Below, piece after piece: positions 15,386-25,676 of a DNA stretch of 42,595 nucleotides; the stretch's first letter is position 1; each line of letters begins with the position of its first letter. The stretch covers positions 1-42,595 of the forward strand of contig CAUYZR010000002.1 in the NCBI GenBank assembly GCA_963577905.1, given 5' to 3'. Below the pieces are notes generated by a model. That model did no database searches, was not told the DNA's origin, and worked only from the letters and a program-made list of their open reading frames with translations. Position numbers and translations under genes: made by a program. The DNA is from Candidatus Thalassarchaeaceae archaeon (GTDB taxonomy: Archaea > Thermoplasmatota > Poseidoniia > MGIII > CG-Epi1).

Positions 15386-16924
15386 ATGGCTGATGAAAAA
15401 CCACCTGAGATATTCTCCTCAAGATTAGGATTAATTCTAACCACCATCGGCGCTGCCGTAGGTACTGGAAATATCTGGAGATTCCCCCGGGAAGCTGCTG
15501 CAAACGGAGGCGGATCCTTTATGATTGGATGGCTTATTTTCCTGTTTGCATGGTCAATTCCATTGTTAATGGCTGAATTTGCTATTGGTAAGAAAACCAG
15601 ACTTGGGACCGTTGGGGCCATGAGAGATATGGCTGGTCGAAATTTTACGTGGCTTGGAATCTGGATGATGTGGGTCGGAACGGCCGTAGGATTCTACTAT
15701 GCTGTAGTAATGGGCTGGACAATCAGATACTTCTGGATTGCTCTCTCTGGAGATATGAGTGATGCAACTGATACTACCCAGACGCAGGCACTGTGGGACA
15801 ATTTTATAAGCTCCCCAGCCGAAGTTGTATTCTTCCAGCTGATAGCTGTAAGTGTCTCTGCTTTTATCGTCTACAATGGCATAAGTGGAATCGAAAAGGC
15901 CAACATGGTACTCATACCTTGCCTTGTGGCATTCCTAATCGTTGCCATGATCTATCCATTTATCCTGAATCCCTCCGGCGCTGCAATGGGATTGAGATTC
16001 TTGTTCATTCCGCAGTGGGAATACCTGTTCAAAGGAGAAACGTGGATCAGGGCCTTGGTGCAATCTGCTTGGTCGACCTCAGCTGGTTTTGGAATGGCAA
16101 TCACGTACGCTGTTGCAATGAGAAAGAAAGAGGACATTGGACTGAATGCATTTCTGACCGGGCTTGGTAACAACGCAGTTTCATTAATCGCAGGTGTCGC
16201 TGTTCTCGGAACGATCTTTGCACTTTCGGATACCACAGCCGATGGTTTGGCTGCAGTGGAATCTGGATCGTCAGGATTAACTTTTATTCATTTGACCGCA
16301 CTTTTCGCGTCTATGGGGACTGCTGGGTGGGTCATAGGTAGTATATTCTTCCTTTCGATGTCATTTGCGGCCTTAACTTCAATGGTTTCAACTTTACAGG
16401 GATGTGTCGTGAATTTTGTTGACATGGGATGGGAAAGAAAAGAGGCCGTGCGCTACATCTCCGTCGCAGTGGCATTGGCCGGTATTCCAGCAGCAATAAG
16501 TCTGGAATTCCTGGACAACCAGGATTTTGTCTGGGGTACTGGATTGATTGTCTCGGGACTTATGATTGCTGTAGTTGTAATGCGATTCGGTGTTAGTGAT
16601 TTCAGGAAGAACCTAATTAACACTCAATATGCAGATATACAAATTGGAGTTTGGTGGGAGTACATCATCAAATACGTTTTCCCAATTGAATTTATTGCAG
16701 TATTCGGATTCTTTATCTACGAAAAATTACAAGACCAGAGCCACTCTCCGATAGAAGGGATGGGACTGGGATTATTCACGATAATAACATTGATTGTGCA
16801 ATGGGCTATAGTTCTTATTATCTTCATCCTTGTTCTGAACAACCGAGTAGCTGATGCTGTAAAGAAAGGGCCTGTGTCCGACGGTAACTTCGATGATGAT
16901 ATAGAATGGGCCGAAGAGGTCTAA
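15386..16924 (+). CDS. Neurotransmitter:sodium symporter (NSS/SNF, SLC6-like) family transporter
   Basis: GTGNIWRFP signature and about 11-12 TM helices. I place the start at the ATG at 15386 (MADEKPP...), which removes the overlap with the preceding gene (stop at 15381). Confidence 0.88.
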   Translation: MADEKPPEIFSSRLGLILTTIGAAVGTGNIWRFPREAAANGGGSFMIGWLIFLFAWSIPLLMAEFAIGKKTRLGTVGAMRDMAGRNFTWLGIWMMWVGTAVGFYYAVVMGWTIRYFWIALSGDMSDATDTTQTQALWDNFISSPAEVVFFQLIAVSVSAFIVYNGISGIEKANMVLIPCLVAFLIVAMIYPFILNPSGAAMGLRFLFIPQWEYLFKGETWIRALVQSAWSTSAGFGMAITYAVAMRKKEDIGLNAFLTGLGNNAVSLIAGVAVLGTIFALSDTTADGLAAVESGSSGLTFIHLTALFASMGTAGWVIGSIFFLSMSFAALTSMVSTLQGCVVNFVDMGWERKEAVRYISVAVALAGIPAAISLEFLDNQDFVWGTGLIVSGLMIAVVVMRFGVSDFRKNLINTQYADIQIGVWWEYIIKYVFPIEFIAVFGFFIYEKLQDQSHSPIEGMGLGLFTIITLIVQWAIVLIIFILVLNNRVADAVKKGPVSDGNFDDDIEWAEEV

Positions 16925-17745
16925 TTCAAAAGTTGAGCTTTGGCTACGGTAAACTCATCATCACTCAACATACCTTTGTCCTTTAGTTCACCAAGCTTTT
17001 GTAACTTCTTGATTAATATCTCACGCTCATCCTGAACAGCCGCAGGATCGTCAAGATTGCTACCCCAATCACCACGACGATCAATTCGCTTCTGGAGACG
17101 TGACCCGCACTTCCCACAGATTCGGAAAGTGGATGGTACTCTAACACCACAATTACCACATATAATGTGGAAATCCCCATGCATTACTTCTCGATGTTGG
17201 TAGAGTGGTGAATTTTTATCCTCACCGGGTGGAATTTCGCTCTCAAAAATGTTGGCGACCTCATAATCATTAGGGAACCAGTCCCTTCTTACTGCTGTAA
17301 AAGTGTCACCCTCAATCGAATGATAATAAACCTCCAGGCGGCTGACGGTCTTGTCTACGTCATCAGACCTCAACTCGATGACAACAACTTTGTCCTCTCC
17401 AGGATTCAGACTTTCAACTATTGTCTGTCCTCGTGCTCTCAAGTTATCGAATGAAAGGGTTATCGTGCTTGCTGCACCATTCCCTGTGTTGCTTAATGTA
17501 ATCTTCACTGGGTTCCACTCACCCGGAGCAAAAGGAGTCTCTTGTAATGCAGAAAATTCAAGGAATGGGAGTGCGATAAGGTTCGAACTGGACTCTTCAA
17601 TAGTTTGGTCAGCCATCTTCTTGGCAGCTAGAACTTCATCAAGCAATTCTTCAGCATTGATATTCGGTTTCTTTGGACCTCGGCGTTTTACCTTTCTAAC
17701 TTTCTTCCTCTTACCGAAATTCGTAAAGGACACCTTATCGGCCAT
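16921..17745 (-). CDS. Hypothetical protein: basic N-terminus, beta-sandwich-like middle, double zinc ribbon, C-terminal SHOCT-like motif
   Basis: 274 aa. Segments: KRKKVRKVKRRGPKKP; a CARDB-like stretch VKITLSNTGNGAASTITLSF...LNPGEDKVVVIEL; the ribbon CGNCGVRVPSTFRICGKCGSRL; and the tail LKDKGMLSDDEFTVAKAQLL (SHOCT-like). It lies 46 nt downstream of dnaK. Confidence 0.6.
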   Translation of the reverse strand: MADKVSFTNFGKRKKVRKVKRRGPKKPNINAEELLDEVLAAKKMADQTIEESSSNLIALPFLEFSALQETPFAPGEWNPVKITLSNTGNGAASTITLSFDNLRARGQTIVESLNPGEDKVVVIELRSDDVDKTVSRLEVYYHSIEGDTFTAVRRDWFPNDYEVANIFESEIPPGEDKNSPLYQHREVMHGDFHIICGNCGVRVPSTFRICGKCGSRLQKRIDRRGDWGSNLDDPAAVQDEREILIKKLQKLGELKDKGMLSDDEFTVAKAQLLN

Positions 17746-17791
17746 TTTGCCACAACAGAATAGGGTAATTTATACTTGACTAGGACCCAAA

Positions 17792-19651
17792 CTACTTTTC
17801 ATCATCAATCTCTTCATAATCAACATCGACCACGTTATCATCATCAACCTCTGAATCGGGGCCTTCAGCCTGATTCTTGGCCTGTTCTTCAGCAGCTTGC
17901 TGATATGCCATCTGACCTATTGCCTGAGAAGCCTGCTGGAAGTCCTCTAGTGCCTTCTTCAGACCCTCCAGATCGTCTTCCTTCATAGCTGCCTCTAACT
18001 TTTCCTTGGACTCCTCGACCTTGGCCTTGGTATCATCATCGATTTTGTCATCGAGATCCTTGACAGCCTTGTCTGTAGCATAGATGAAGGATTCGGCCTG
18101 ATTACGGGTCTCGACCATTTCTCTGATTTGTTTATCCTCTTCTGCATGATTCTCGGCCTCCTTGACCTTCTGTTCGATCTCATCATCGCTCAGATTTGAC
18201 TTGGAGGTGATCTCTATCTTTTGTTCATTATCGGTTCCAAGGTCCTTGGCAGTGACATTAATCACACCATTTCGGTCAATATCAAAGGATACTTCGATTT
18301 GTGGAATACCTCGGGGCGATGGTGGTATACCCACAAGTTGGAAGCGCCCTAGAGTATCATTGTCTTTAGCCATGGTCCTCTCACCTTGAAGAACGTGAAT
18401 CTCGACAGCAGGTTGATTGTCTGCAGCTGTAGAGAATGTTTTGGACTTGTTAGTTGGTATTGTGGTGTTGCGGTCTATCAATGGGGTCAGGACTGAACCT
18501 TCGGTCTCGATACCTAAAGTCAAAGGAGTAACATCCAGAAGAACAATGTCCTTGATATCTCCTGCCAACACACCTGCCTGAATAGCTGCACCCATAGCAA
18601 CACATTGCATAGGGTCTACACCTCTCTCGGCTTTACGCCCTACAAATTTCTCAAACGCCTTCTGGACGGTTGGCATTCGGGTCGGACCTCCAACAAGAAT
18701 TACTCTGTCAACATCACCTGGTTTGATTTTAGCATCCTTGAAAGCCTTCTTAATTGGATTCGCACAACGACTGATAACTGGACCAACAATCTTCTCCAAT
18801 TTAGCTCTCGTAAGATCAAGCTCCAAATGCTTCGGACCACTAGAATCTGACCAGATATATGGTAAGTTAATTGTGGCTTTCAAAGTATTACTCAATTCAA
18901 TCTTCGCTTTTTCCGCTGCATCGCGAAGACGCTGTTTAGATGCGGGGTCATCACGTAAGTCTATTCCATTGTCTGATTTGAAAATGTCTGCCAGGTAGTC
19001 AATCATTGCTTCATCCATATCAGTTCCACCAAGCTTGTTGTCACCTGAAGTGGATACAACATCGAATACACCATTGTCCATCTCCATAATTGTGACATCG
19101 AAAGTCCCACCGCCCAAGTCTAAGACTGCAACTGTGTACTCCCCTTCCTTGTCAAGACCATAGGCCAATGCGGCTGCAGTGGGCTCGTTTATGATTCTCT
19201 CGACCTTCAAACCGGCTATTTTTCCAGCATCTATGGTCGCCTGCCTCTGATTATCATTGAAATAAGCTGGAACGGTAATCACTGCCTTTTCAATATCGAC
19301 ACCCAGATGTGCTTCTGCATCTGCCCTTATCTTCTGTAGTATCATTGCGGATATTTCTTCCGGAGAATATTTTTTCTTATTTATGGTAACCTTGTGCTTG
19401 GTTCCCATTTTCCTCTTGATATTCATTATTGTATTGTTTGGATTCAATACCGCCTGCCTTTTGGCAGGATCTCCAACAATTCTCTCACCATCCTTAGTAA
19501 ATGCAACAACAGATGGAAACATCTTACCACCGAATGTCGAACCTTCTGCGGAAGGTATAATCACAGGTCTACCTCCCTCAAGATATGCTGCCTCAGAATT
19601 GGTTGTACCCAAATCTATTCCTATTATCATTTCTTTTGCCATTTTATTCAC
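17792..19651 (-). CDS. dnaK: Molecular chaperone DnaK (Hsp70)
   Basis: 619 aa with [29 protein letters not shown] and an acidic C-terminal tail. Confidence 0.97.
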   Translation of the reverse strand: MNKMAKEMIIGIDLGTTNSEAAYLEGGRPVIIPSAEGSTFGGKMFPSVVAFTKDGERIVGDPAKRQAVLNPNNTIMNIKRKMGTKHKVTINKKKYSPEEISAMILQKIRADAEAHLGVDIEKAVITVPAYFNDNQRQATIDAGKIAGLKVERIINEPTAAALAYGLDKEGEYTVAVLDLGGGTFDVTIMEMDNGVFDVVSTSGDNKLGGTDMDEAMIDYLADIFKSDNGIDLRDDPASKQRLRDAAEKAKIELSNTLKATINLPYIWSDSSGPKHLELDLTRAKLEKIVGPVISRCANPIKKAFKDAKIKPGDVDRVILVGGPTRMPTVQKAFEKFVGRKAERGVDPMQCVAMGAAIQAGVLAGDIKDIVLLDVTPLTLGIETEGSVLTPLIDRNTTIPTNKSKTFSTAADNQPAVEIHVLQGERTMAKDNDTLGRFQLVGIPPSPRGIPQIEVSFDIDRNGVINVTAKDLGTDNEQKIEITSKSNLSDDEIEQKVKEAENHAEEDKQIREMVETRNQAESFIYATDKAVKDLDDKIDDDTKAKVEESKEKLEAAMKEDDLEGLKKALEDFQQASQAIGQMAYQQAAEEQAKNQAEGPDSEVDDDNVVDVDYEEIDDEK

Positions 19652-20204
19652 CTTCTACTACTATTTTCTCACCTTCTTCTTCAAAATCTTTTGATACCAC
19701 AACCTTAGCTGGCCGTAGTAATTCACCCTCTAAAGTATAGCCTGACTGAATAACCTCAACAATAGTATTGGGCTCTACACCTTCTTTCTCAACTGTTGTT
19801 AAGGCTTCATGCAGTCTAAAATCAAATTGTTCACCTTGGGGATCAAAACGTTTTATATTGAATGAATCCATCAATGCGGATATCAATCGGTGTATTCCTT
19901 TGATTCCCTCCAAAGAACTTTCTAGGTCTGGATGATTAACCTCAACCGCCTTTTCGACAGTATCCACAATCTCAAGGAAATTGGAAAGTATCTCTCCCCT
20001 CAGTCTAAGACTTTGTTGTTCTCTATCCCGATCCATGCGCTTCCGGAAGTTATCAAAATCTGCCACGACCCTCAAAAATTTCTCATTATAGTCTTCAACT
20101 TCAGATTTCAATTTCTGTATTTCCTCTTCCGGGGTCAAAACTGTAGGCTCTTCTTCCTTCACAGTTTCTATCTTTTCCTCGTCTTTACTACTCTTGGATT
20201 TCAT
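19644..20204 (-). CDS. grpE: Nucleotide exchange factor GrpE
   Basis: 186 aa with [12 protein letters not shown] and a C-terminal beta-domain block LRPAKVVV. The stop overlaps the dnaK start by 8 nt. Confidence 0.9.
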   Translation of the reverse strand: MKSKSSKDEEKIETVKEEEPTVLTPEEEIQKLKSEVEDYNEKFLRVVADFDNFRKRMDRDREQQSLRLRGEILSNFLEIVDTVEKAVEVNHPDLESSLEGIKGIHRLISALMDSFNIKRFDPQGEQFDFRLHEALTTVEKEGVEPNTIVEVIQSGYTLEGELLRPAKVVVSKDFEEEGEKIVVEGE

Positions 20205-20271
20205 CGGTTATGAACCTGAGGTTGTTAACCTCTGCTTTCAAAGAAAAAAGACTCTATATAAAATTTCTTAA

Positions 20272-20670
20272 TTACTTGAGTCCGAACTTCTCTCGAATCT
20301 CAGAGACCCGCTTGCGATACGCTTTAGGTAATTGATATCTGGCCATCTGCTCAACTTCAGTCCAATTTCTCTGGAATTCTTTCTTTGAATTGGTTGTTAC
20401 TATTTCCTCGAAACGATTCATGTAATGTCTAGTTAGCCAAAGATAATAAGCTGAGAAGGCAAGGATTATCAATCCGAAAATCAAAATCCAGATGTCATAT
20501 GCTCCCATAAAATCCAGGATAGTAACTGGTGACAATGAGGAATCCTCATACCATCGGCCCATTATTCCAATGAATACCATAAACGAACTTAGTATCGTAC
20601 CGATCGTGCTAACTGCCTGCATATGCTCCTGAAGCCAGGCGTTCAACTGGTTTCTCCACTCACTAGCCAT
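20272..20670 (-). CDS. Hypothetical membrane protein
   Basis: 132-aa ORF with two clear hydrophobic helices and a basic C-terminal tail. No motif recognised. Confidence 0.5.
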   Translation of the reverse strand: MASEWRNQLNAWLQEHMQAVSTIGTILSSFMVFIGIMGRWYEDSSLSPVTILDFMGAYDIWILIFGLIILAFSAYYLWLTRHYMNRFEEIVTTNSKKEFQRNWTEVEQMARYQLPKAYRKRVSEIREKFGLK

Positions 20671-20746
20671 TACCCTGCGGATTAATGCTTAAGTATAAAG
20701 ATTACGCAAAAAACAATAATATCTGGCATCTGCATGTAAAAATGCA

Positions 20747-21949
20747 ATGGGTGTGGCCAAAAGGATGGATTTATTGGGGAGTGAAACTGCCTTTGCGGTT
20801 TCAGCCGAAGCAGCAACTCTGGCTGCAACTGGCAAGAAAATCTTCCCATTTCACTTGGGTGATATTAATCTTCCAACACCGGCCACCATAGTCTCTGCCG
20901 TCAAAGAGGCCATCAAAGCCGGAAAAACGGGTTACTGCCCCTCCCCGGGAATACCAGAATTAAGAGAAGCCTTGGGAAAGGATGTTGGAGATGCAAGGGG
21001 ATTGAACTATGGAATAGATAATGTCTCAATACAGCCCGGTGGAAAACCAAGTATCGGGAAATATATTGCATCAATGATGGAGAGAGGAGATGTTGTGTTG
21101 TATCCGAATCCGGGCTATCCAATCTATGAATCCCAAATTGAATTTTACGGTGGAATGGCTCATCCTTACGGGTACATTGATGGTCTGGAGGGACTAAGAC
21201 TTGATTTCAACGCTATAGAGGAAGGAATCAGGAAAGGTGCGAAGCATATCTTCTACAACAATTACAACAATCCTACGGGGGCCTCTTCCCCTGATAAGGA
21301 AATGCAACGTCTAGCCGATTTAGTTGTTGAAAATGATATGTTTCTGATATCCGACGACGCATATTTTGATACTCTTTACGAAGGTACTCCACGATCCATA
21401 GCAAGTTTACCAGAAATGTATGATAGAACATTGACCATGTACACCTTCTCAAAGAAATTTGCAATGACCGGCTGGAGACTTGGTGGAGCAATAGGTCCAG
21501 AAGAGGTGATAAATCAAATCACTAGACTTAATGTCAATATGGAATCATGCACCACGCATTTCATTCAACATGCTGGTGTAGCAGGTCTAAACGCACCCAG
21601 AGAAGAGACACAAGCAATTATTGATGAATTACGAGGTAGGCGCGATATTCTAGTAAAAATATTGAATGGGATTGATGGTGTTGAGGCTCACATACCCGAA
21701 GCTGGATTCTACGTATTTCCAAAAGTAACTGGACTGATGCAGAGAATGGGATTCAATGACGTTGAGGAATTCAGGAAGGCAGCCCTGAATGAAACTGGAG
21801 TAAGCTTCTGCTGTAGACACCACTTTGGTAGACCTTTGGAAGATGAAACTGATTTCTATATCCGAATGGCATTCTCTGGAATTGGGAAAGATGATCTACA
21901 GGAGGGAATGGATCTTTTCAGAAACTGGATTGATTCTAACATAAAATAA
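20747..21949 (+). CDS. Class I/II PLP-dependent aminotransferase (aspartate aminotransferase-like)
   Basis: 400 aa with NPGYPIYE, NNPTG and YTFSKKFAMTGWRLGG (PLP Lys). Confidence 0.85.
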   Translation: MGVAKRMDLLGSETAFAVSAEAATLAATGKKIFPFHLGDINLPTPATIVSAVKEAIKAGKTGYCPSPGIPELREALGKDVGDARGLNYGIDNVSIQPGGKPSIGKYIASMMERGDVVLYPNPGYPIYESQIEFYGGMAHPYGYIDGLEGLRLDFNAIEEGIRKGAKHIFYNNYNNPTGASSPDKEMQRLADLVVENDMFLISDDAYFDTLYEGTPRSIASLPEMYDRTLTMYTFSKKFAMTGWRLGGAIGPEEVINQITRLNVNMESCTTHFIQHAGVAGLNAPREETQAIIDELRGRRDILVKILNGIDGVEAHIPEAGFYVFPKVTGLMQRMGFNDVEEFRKAALNETGVSFCCRHHFGRPLEDETDFYIRMAFSGIGKDDLQEGMDLFRNWIDSNIK

Positions 21950-22407
21950 TGGCTAAGGCAATGTTTGGAGCAGGCTGTTTTTGGGGAGTTGAATACAATT
22001 TTTCTAAAGTTAAAGGAGTGAATGAAGTCGTTTCAGGATATAGTGGCGGAAAAACTGATAATCCAACCTATGAACAAGTTTGTAGTAATACAACTGAGCA
22101 TGCTGAAGTTGTGTTAATTGACTATGATTCAGATCTTGTTTCGTATGATACCTTACTGAATGTTTTCTGGGAAAAACATGATCCGACCACGCTTAATCGG
22201 CAAGGCCCAGATGTAGGAACGCAATACCGTTCAGCAATATTTTACTTTACTGAAGTCCAAAAAGAGATTGCAAAAAAATCATTAGAATACAAACAGAATA
22301 TTTTAGGGGACAAAAAAATAATCACTGAAATCACAGAAGCAAGGGATTTTTGGTTAGCTGAAGAATATCACCAGAAATATTTTGAGAAACATGGCGCAGG
22401 ACACTGA
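21949..22407 (+). CDS. msrA: Peptide-methionine (S)-S-oxide reductase
   Basis: 152 aa with the GAGCFWGVE active-site motif, plus EVVLIDYD and YHQKYF. The start shares one nt with the upstream stop (TAATG). Confidence 0.92.
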   Translation: MAKAMFGAGCFWGVEYNFSKVKGVNEVVSGYSGGKTDNPTYEQVCSNTTEHAEVVLIDYDSDLVSYDTLLNVFWEKHDPTTLNRQGPDVGTQYRSAIFYFTEVQKEIAKKSLEYKQNILGDKKIITEITEARDFWLAEEYHQKYFEKHGAGH

Positions 22408-22414
22408 GATTCAA

Positions 22415-23224
22415 TTATCCCATACCAACATCAAGAACCATCATAACCGAAAAGCCCAGCATTACTCCTATTGTTGCAATGTCTCCATTACCTCCCCTAT
22501 GGGCTTCCGGTACCAATTCCTCCACAACAACGAAGATCATTGCTCCAGCCGCGAACGCAAGAGCATAAGGCAAAAGCGGATCCATGTAGACAACCACAGC
22601 TGCACCTAATACTGCAGCGATGGGTTCTACCAGGGCAGACAATTGTCCCCACCAGAAGCTTTCTTTTCGAGAAAGGCCTTCCCTCCTAAGTGGGAGGGAA
22701 ACTGCTGCTCCTTCAGGGAAATTTTGAATTCCTATGCCTATGGCCAAGGCGATTGCAGCACCAATACTATCACCAGAAGCTGCGGCACCAAATGCTACTC
22801 CCACAGCTAGACCTTCTGGTATGTTGTGAAGGGTTATAGCCGAGATAAGGAGCATGCTTCTGTGCCATGTGGTCTTGATACCTTCAGTTTCCTCTGGAGG
22901 AGCTCCTGGGTGAAGATGAGGGAGAAAAATATCTATCAATCGCATACAAGCGCCCCCAAGAAGGAATCCAAAAAGGACTGGGACTATTCCACCAAGAAAA
23001 GGATTGCTTTGCTCAGAATGTTCAATAGCTGGTGCTAACAAAGACCAGAAACTAGCGGCAATCATTACGCCTGCGGCAAATCCCAGCATTCCGTCAAGAA
23101 TTTTTCTATTGACTTCCTTAAAAAAGAATACTAGACCTGCACCAGCAGCAGTCATACCCCAAGTGAAGAGACCGGCAGCCAAGGCCTGCTCTACAGGGCT
23201 CCAACCTTCCAAAAATTCAAACAT
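22415..23224 (-). CDS. ZIP family (ZupT-like) divalent metal transporter
   Basis: 269 aa with the [11 protein letters not shown] signature and a second QNFPEGAAV, plus about 8 TM helices. Confidence 0.85.
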   Translation of the reverse strand: MFEFLEGWSPVEQALAAGLFTWGMTAAGAGLVFFFKEVNRKILDGMLGFAAGVMIAASFWSLLAPAIEHSEQSNPFLGGIVPVLFGFLLGGACMRLIDIFLPHLHPGAPPEETEGIKTTWHRSMLLISAITLHNIPEGLAVGVAFGAAASGDSIGAAIALAIGIGIQNFPEGAAVSLPLRREGLSRKESFWWGQLSALVEPIAAVLGAAVVVYMDPLLPYALAFAAGAMIFVVVEELVPEAHRGGNGDIATIGVMLGFSVMMVLDVGMG

Positions 23225-23245
23225 TACGCTTGAGGAAATGATGGC

Positions 23246-24181
23246 TTATTTAGGGTTTTTCATACCCTCTGGAGGCTGGGCATTAACCATCCTGACTCCA
23301 AAATAAATCAGAACAAAACTGACTAGTTGAATCCAACCCAATTCTTCATCTAATAAGAACCAACTGGATAGAATCCCAAAAACAGGAACCACATTGACGA
23401 AACTGGATGCTCGATTCGCCCCTATTACATCAATGCCAATCGCAAAGAAAACATATGCAACGGCTGTAGAAAGTACACCTAGATAAGCTATCAGCAACCA
23501 TTCCTCATTAATCCAAACTCGGTCCCAAGGTGCTTCATTAATAACAAAAGGAATAAAGAAAGTACAGCCAATCAAGGATACCCAAGCAATCAGAGATAGT
23601 GAACTAAGTTGATCCTCTCCTCTTTCTAGAACATAGCGCCTCATAGAAATGACGTAGATTGCATAAGTAAATGCCCCAAACATTATCAAACTATTACCAG
23701 CAATCCGTTCCTCAAATGGAATTTGAACGTTAGGTGAAGCCACGAATATTAGAAGAATCCCAGTAAAACTAAGACAAATACCCATTATTCCTCCTGAATT
23801 CATACGATGTGAAAGAAGCCAGATAGAGAGTATAGCGACAAAAACGGGATTGAAGCCAATGACCAATGATGCATCAGACGCAGCTGTTTTCTGCATTCCA
23901 AACATATACCCTACCTGGTATAGAAAAACGGAAGTGAAAGCCATCAGGAATAGTGGTTTCCAATCCTCTTGTTTAGGTATTGTGTTTCCTTCTCTATACC
24001 ACATCCATGCAAATAGAACTGGAAGGGCAAAACTATACCTCAAAAACATCACCGAAAAAGGGTAATCAACCAAATCAACTGCCAAAATACGACCTACTGG
24101 CCAGGCAACTCCCCAGAACATAGCTACCGACAACATCATCAGGTTGGTAATTGCCAATTTTCTGCCACTAGGTTGTTCCAT
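23246..24181 (-). CDS. EamA/DMT superfamily transporter
   Basis: 311 aa with about 10 TM helices in two similar halves, typical of the EamA duplication. Confidence 0.75.
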   Translation of the reverse strand: MEQPSGRKLAITNLMMLSVAMFWGVAWPVGRILAVDLVDYPFSVMFLRYSFALPVLFAWMWYREGNTIPKQEDWKPLFLMAFTSVFLYQVGYMFGMQKTAASDASLVIGFNPVFVAILSIWLLSHRMNSGGIMGICLSFTGILLIFVASPNVQIPFEERIAGNSLIMFGAFTYAIYVISMRRYVLERGEDQLSSLSLIAWVSLIGCTFFIPFVINEAPWDRVWINEEWLLIAYLGVLSTAVAYVFFAIGIDVIGANRASSFVNVVPVFGILSSWFLLDEELGWIQLVSFVLIYFGVRMVNAQPPEGMKNPK

Positions 24182-24192
24182 AATTGCAGCTA

Positions 24193-24912
24193 TTAGTCTT
24201 TCTTGGTACCCAAAAAATACTCATTGATTTGGGGATCGACCAATATTTCACTGGCTGGTGCAGTATGGACCACCTTTCCATTAGAAAATATATAACCCCT
24301 ATCTGAGCGTGATAGTGACAATCTGGCGTTCTGCTCAACAATCAGAACAGTTATCCCCTTTGATCTCAGGGCATCAATTCTCTCGATTATCTGTTGCTGG
24401 TAGAGGGGACTAAGTGCAGCCGTGGGTTCATCAAGCAAAAGAAAATCAGGATTACTAATTAGAGCTCGACTAATTGCCAGCATCTGTCTTTGACCTCCTG
24501 ATAATGAAGCTGCAACGTCACTCATACGGGGTTTCAGGTCCTCGAACATTTCTAGAGAACGTTCAATACGACTCTCAAGAAGTGGAGTAGAAAGGTGGAT
24601 TCCACCCATTTCTAGATTCTCTCTAACAGACAAACTGGGGAAAACATTGTCCACTTGAGGGACATAGGCAATTCCTCGATTTACCAATGCATCTGTACGC
24701 CATCCTGACACCTCTACGTCCTTGTGCTTTACACTCCCCTTATAATATGTAGCAATTCCAAAAATAAGCTTGATGAAAGTAGATTTTCCGCAACCATTGG
24801 GTCCTATTACTGTCACAAATTCTCCCTTATCAACATAGAGATCTACGCTATTCATGATCTGTACTTTGTCATATCCTCCCTCGAGCCCTGATACTTCTAA
24901 GACGCGGGTCAT
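24193..24912 (-). CDS. livF: Branched-chain amino acid-type ABC transporter ATP-binding protein (LivF-like)
   Basis: 239 aa with Walker A GPNGCGKST, signature LSGGQRQ and Walker B LLLDEP. There is a 4-nt overlap with livG. Confidence 0.88.
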   Translation of the reverse strand: MTRVLEVSGLEGGYDKVQIMNSVDLYVDKGEFVTVIGPNGCGKSTFIKLIFGIATYYKGSVKHKDVEVSGWRTDALVNRGIAYVPQVDNVFPSLSVRENLEMGGIHLSTPLLESRIERSLEMFEDLKPRMSDVAASLSGGQRQMLAISRALISNPDFLLLDEPTAALSPLYQQQIIERIDALRSKGITVLIVEQNARLSLSRSDRGYIFSNGKVVHTAPASEILVDPQINEYFLGTKKD

Positions 24913-25676
24913 CCTGCGCCTCCTAGATACGCTTCAATCACTTCTTTACTATCCTTGACCTCATTAGGAGTTCCTTGCATTAGAACGCGGCCTTGATCCA
25001 TAACAATTATTCTATCAACGCCTCTGCGTAGAATGAAATTCATATTGTGTTCTATAACTAGGATTGAAATCTGTTTTTCAGACACAAATTTACGCAAATT
25101 GTTGAATATCTTTTCAGCTAATGGTCCTGCGACCCCTGCGACCGGTTCATCGAGGAGTAACAGTTCTGGTTCTCCCATTAGAGAACGGCCAATATCAACT
25201 AACTTGCTTTGTCCTCCTGATAATTCACTAGTTAAATTATGAGCCATATGGGTTATTTCTAATTCAGCAAGTGTCTTGTAAGCTTTAGCTACACGTGCAT
25301 TTTCTTCATCTCTATTGAAATATGTAAGAATTGCATGGAAAGGGTTAGTTCCGTACTGATTCCTTGGAGGGATTAACAAATTTTCTATTGTCGTCATTTC
25401 TCTCCAAAGGCGTGTATGCTGAAAGGTACGAGTGAGACCCAATTTTTGTATTTGATCGGGGCGTAATTTTGTAGCATCCTCTCCAAAAACTTCAACATCC
25501 CCTTTAGTATTATCAAGAAGTCCGGAAATACAATTGAAGGTTGTTGTCTTACCACAACCATTTGGTCCTATTAGTCCCACAAACTCACCTTTTTTCACAT
25601 CAAAAGAAACATTATCCACTGCACGAAGACCGCCAAAATCTTTGGTTAAATCAGTAACTTTGAGGACCGATGACAT
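24909..25676 (-). CDS. livG: Branched-chain amino acid-type ABC transporter ATP-binding protein (LivG-like)
   Basis: 255 aa with Walker A GPNGCGKTT, LSGGQSK and LLLDEP, plus a LivG-type C-terminal extension. The start shares one nt with the permease stop (TGATG). Confidence 0.88.
   Translation of the reverse strand: MSSVLKVTDLTKDFGGLRAVDNVSFDVKKGEFVGLIGPNGCGKTTTFNCISGLLDNTKGDVEVFGEDATKLRPDQIQKLGLTRTFQHTRLWREMTTIENLLIPPRNQYGTNPFHAILTYFNRDEENARVAKAYKTLAELEITHMAHNLTSELSGGQSKLVDIGRSLMGEPELLLLDEPVAGVAGPLAEKIFNNLRKFVSEKQISILVIEHNMNFILRRGVDRIIVMDQGRVLMQGTPNEVKDSKEVIEAYLGGAG

Noticed and set aside
15126-15621. Two overlapping minus-strand ORFs (125 and 123 aa) across the M14/NSS junction
   Set aside because: They are antisense to the C-terminus of the peptidase and the GTGNIWRFP-bearing N-terminus of the NSS transporter. 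They have no motifs and are probably shadow ORFs.
16921-17745. Candidate dnaJ because of position after dnaK and presence of CxxC pairs
   Set aside because: It has no J-domain (no HPD motif), no Gly/Phe-rich region, and only one double ribbon rather than four CxxCxGxG repeats.
17351-17779. 142-aa plus-strand ORF
   Set aside because: It is fully antisense to the Zn-ribbon/SHOCT ORF, which has recognisable Cys-ribbon and SHOCT-like motifs. Ser/Phe-rich low-complexity translation.
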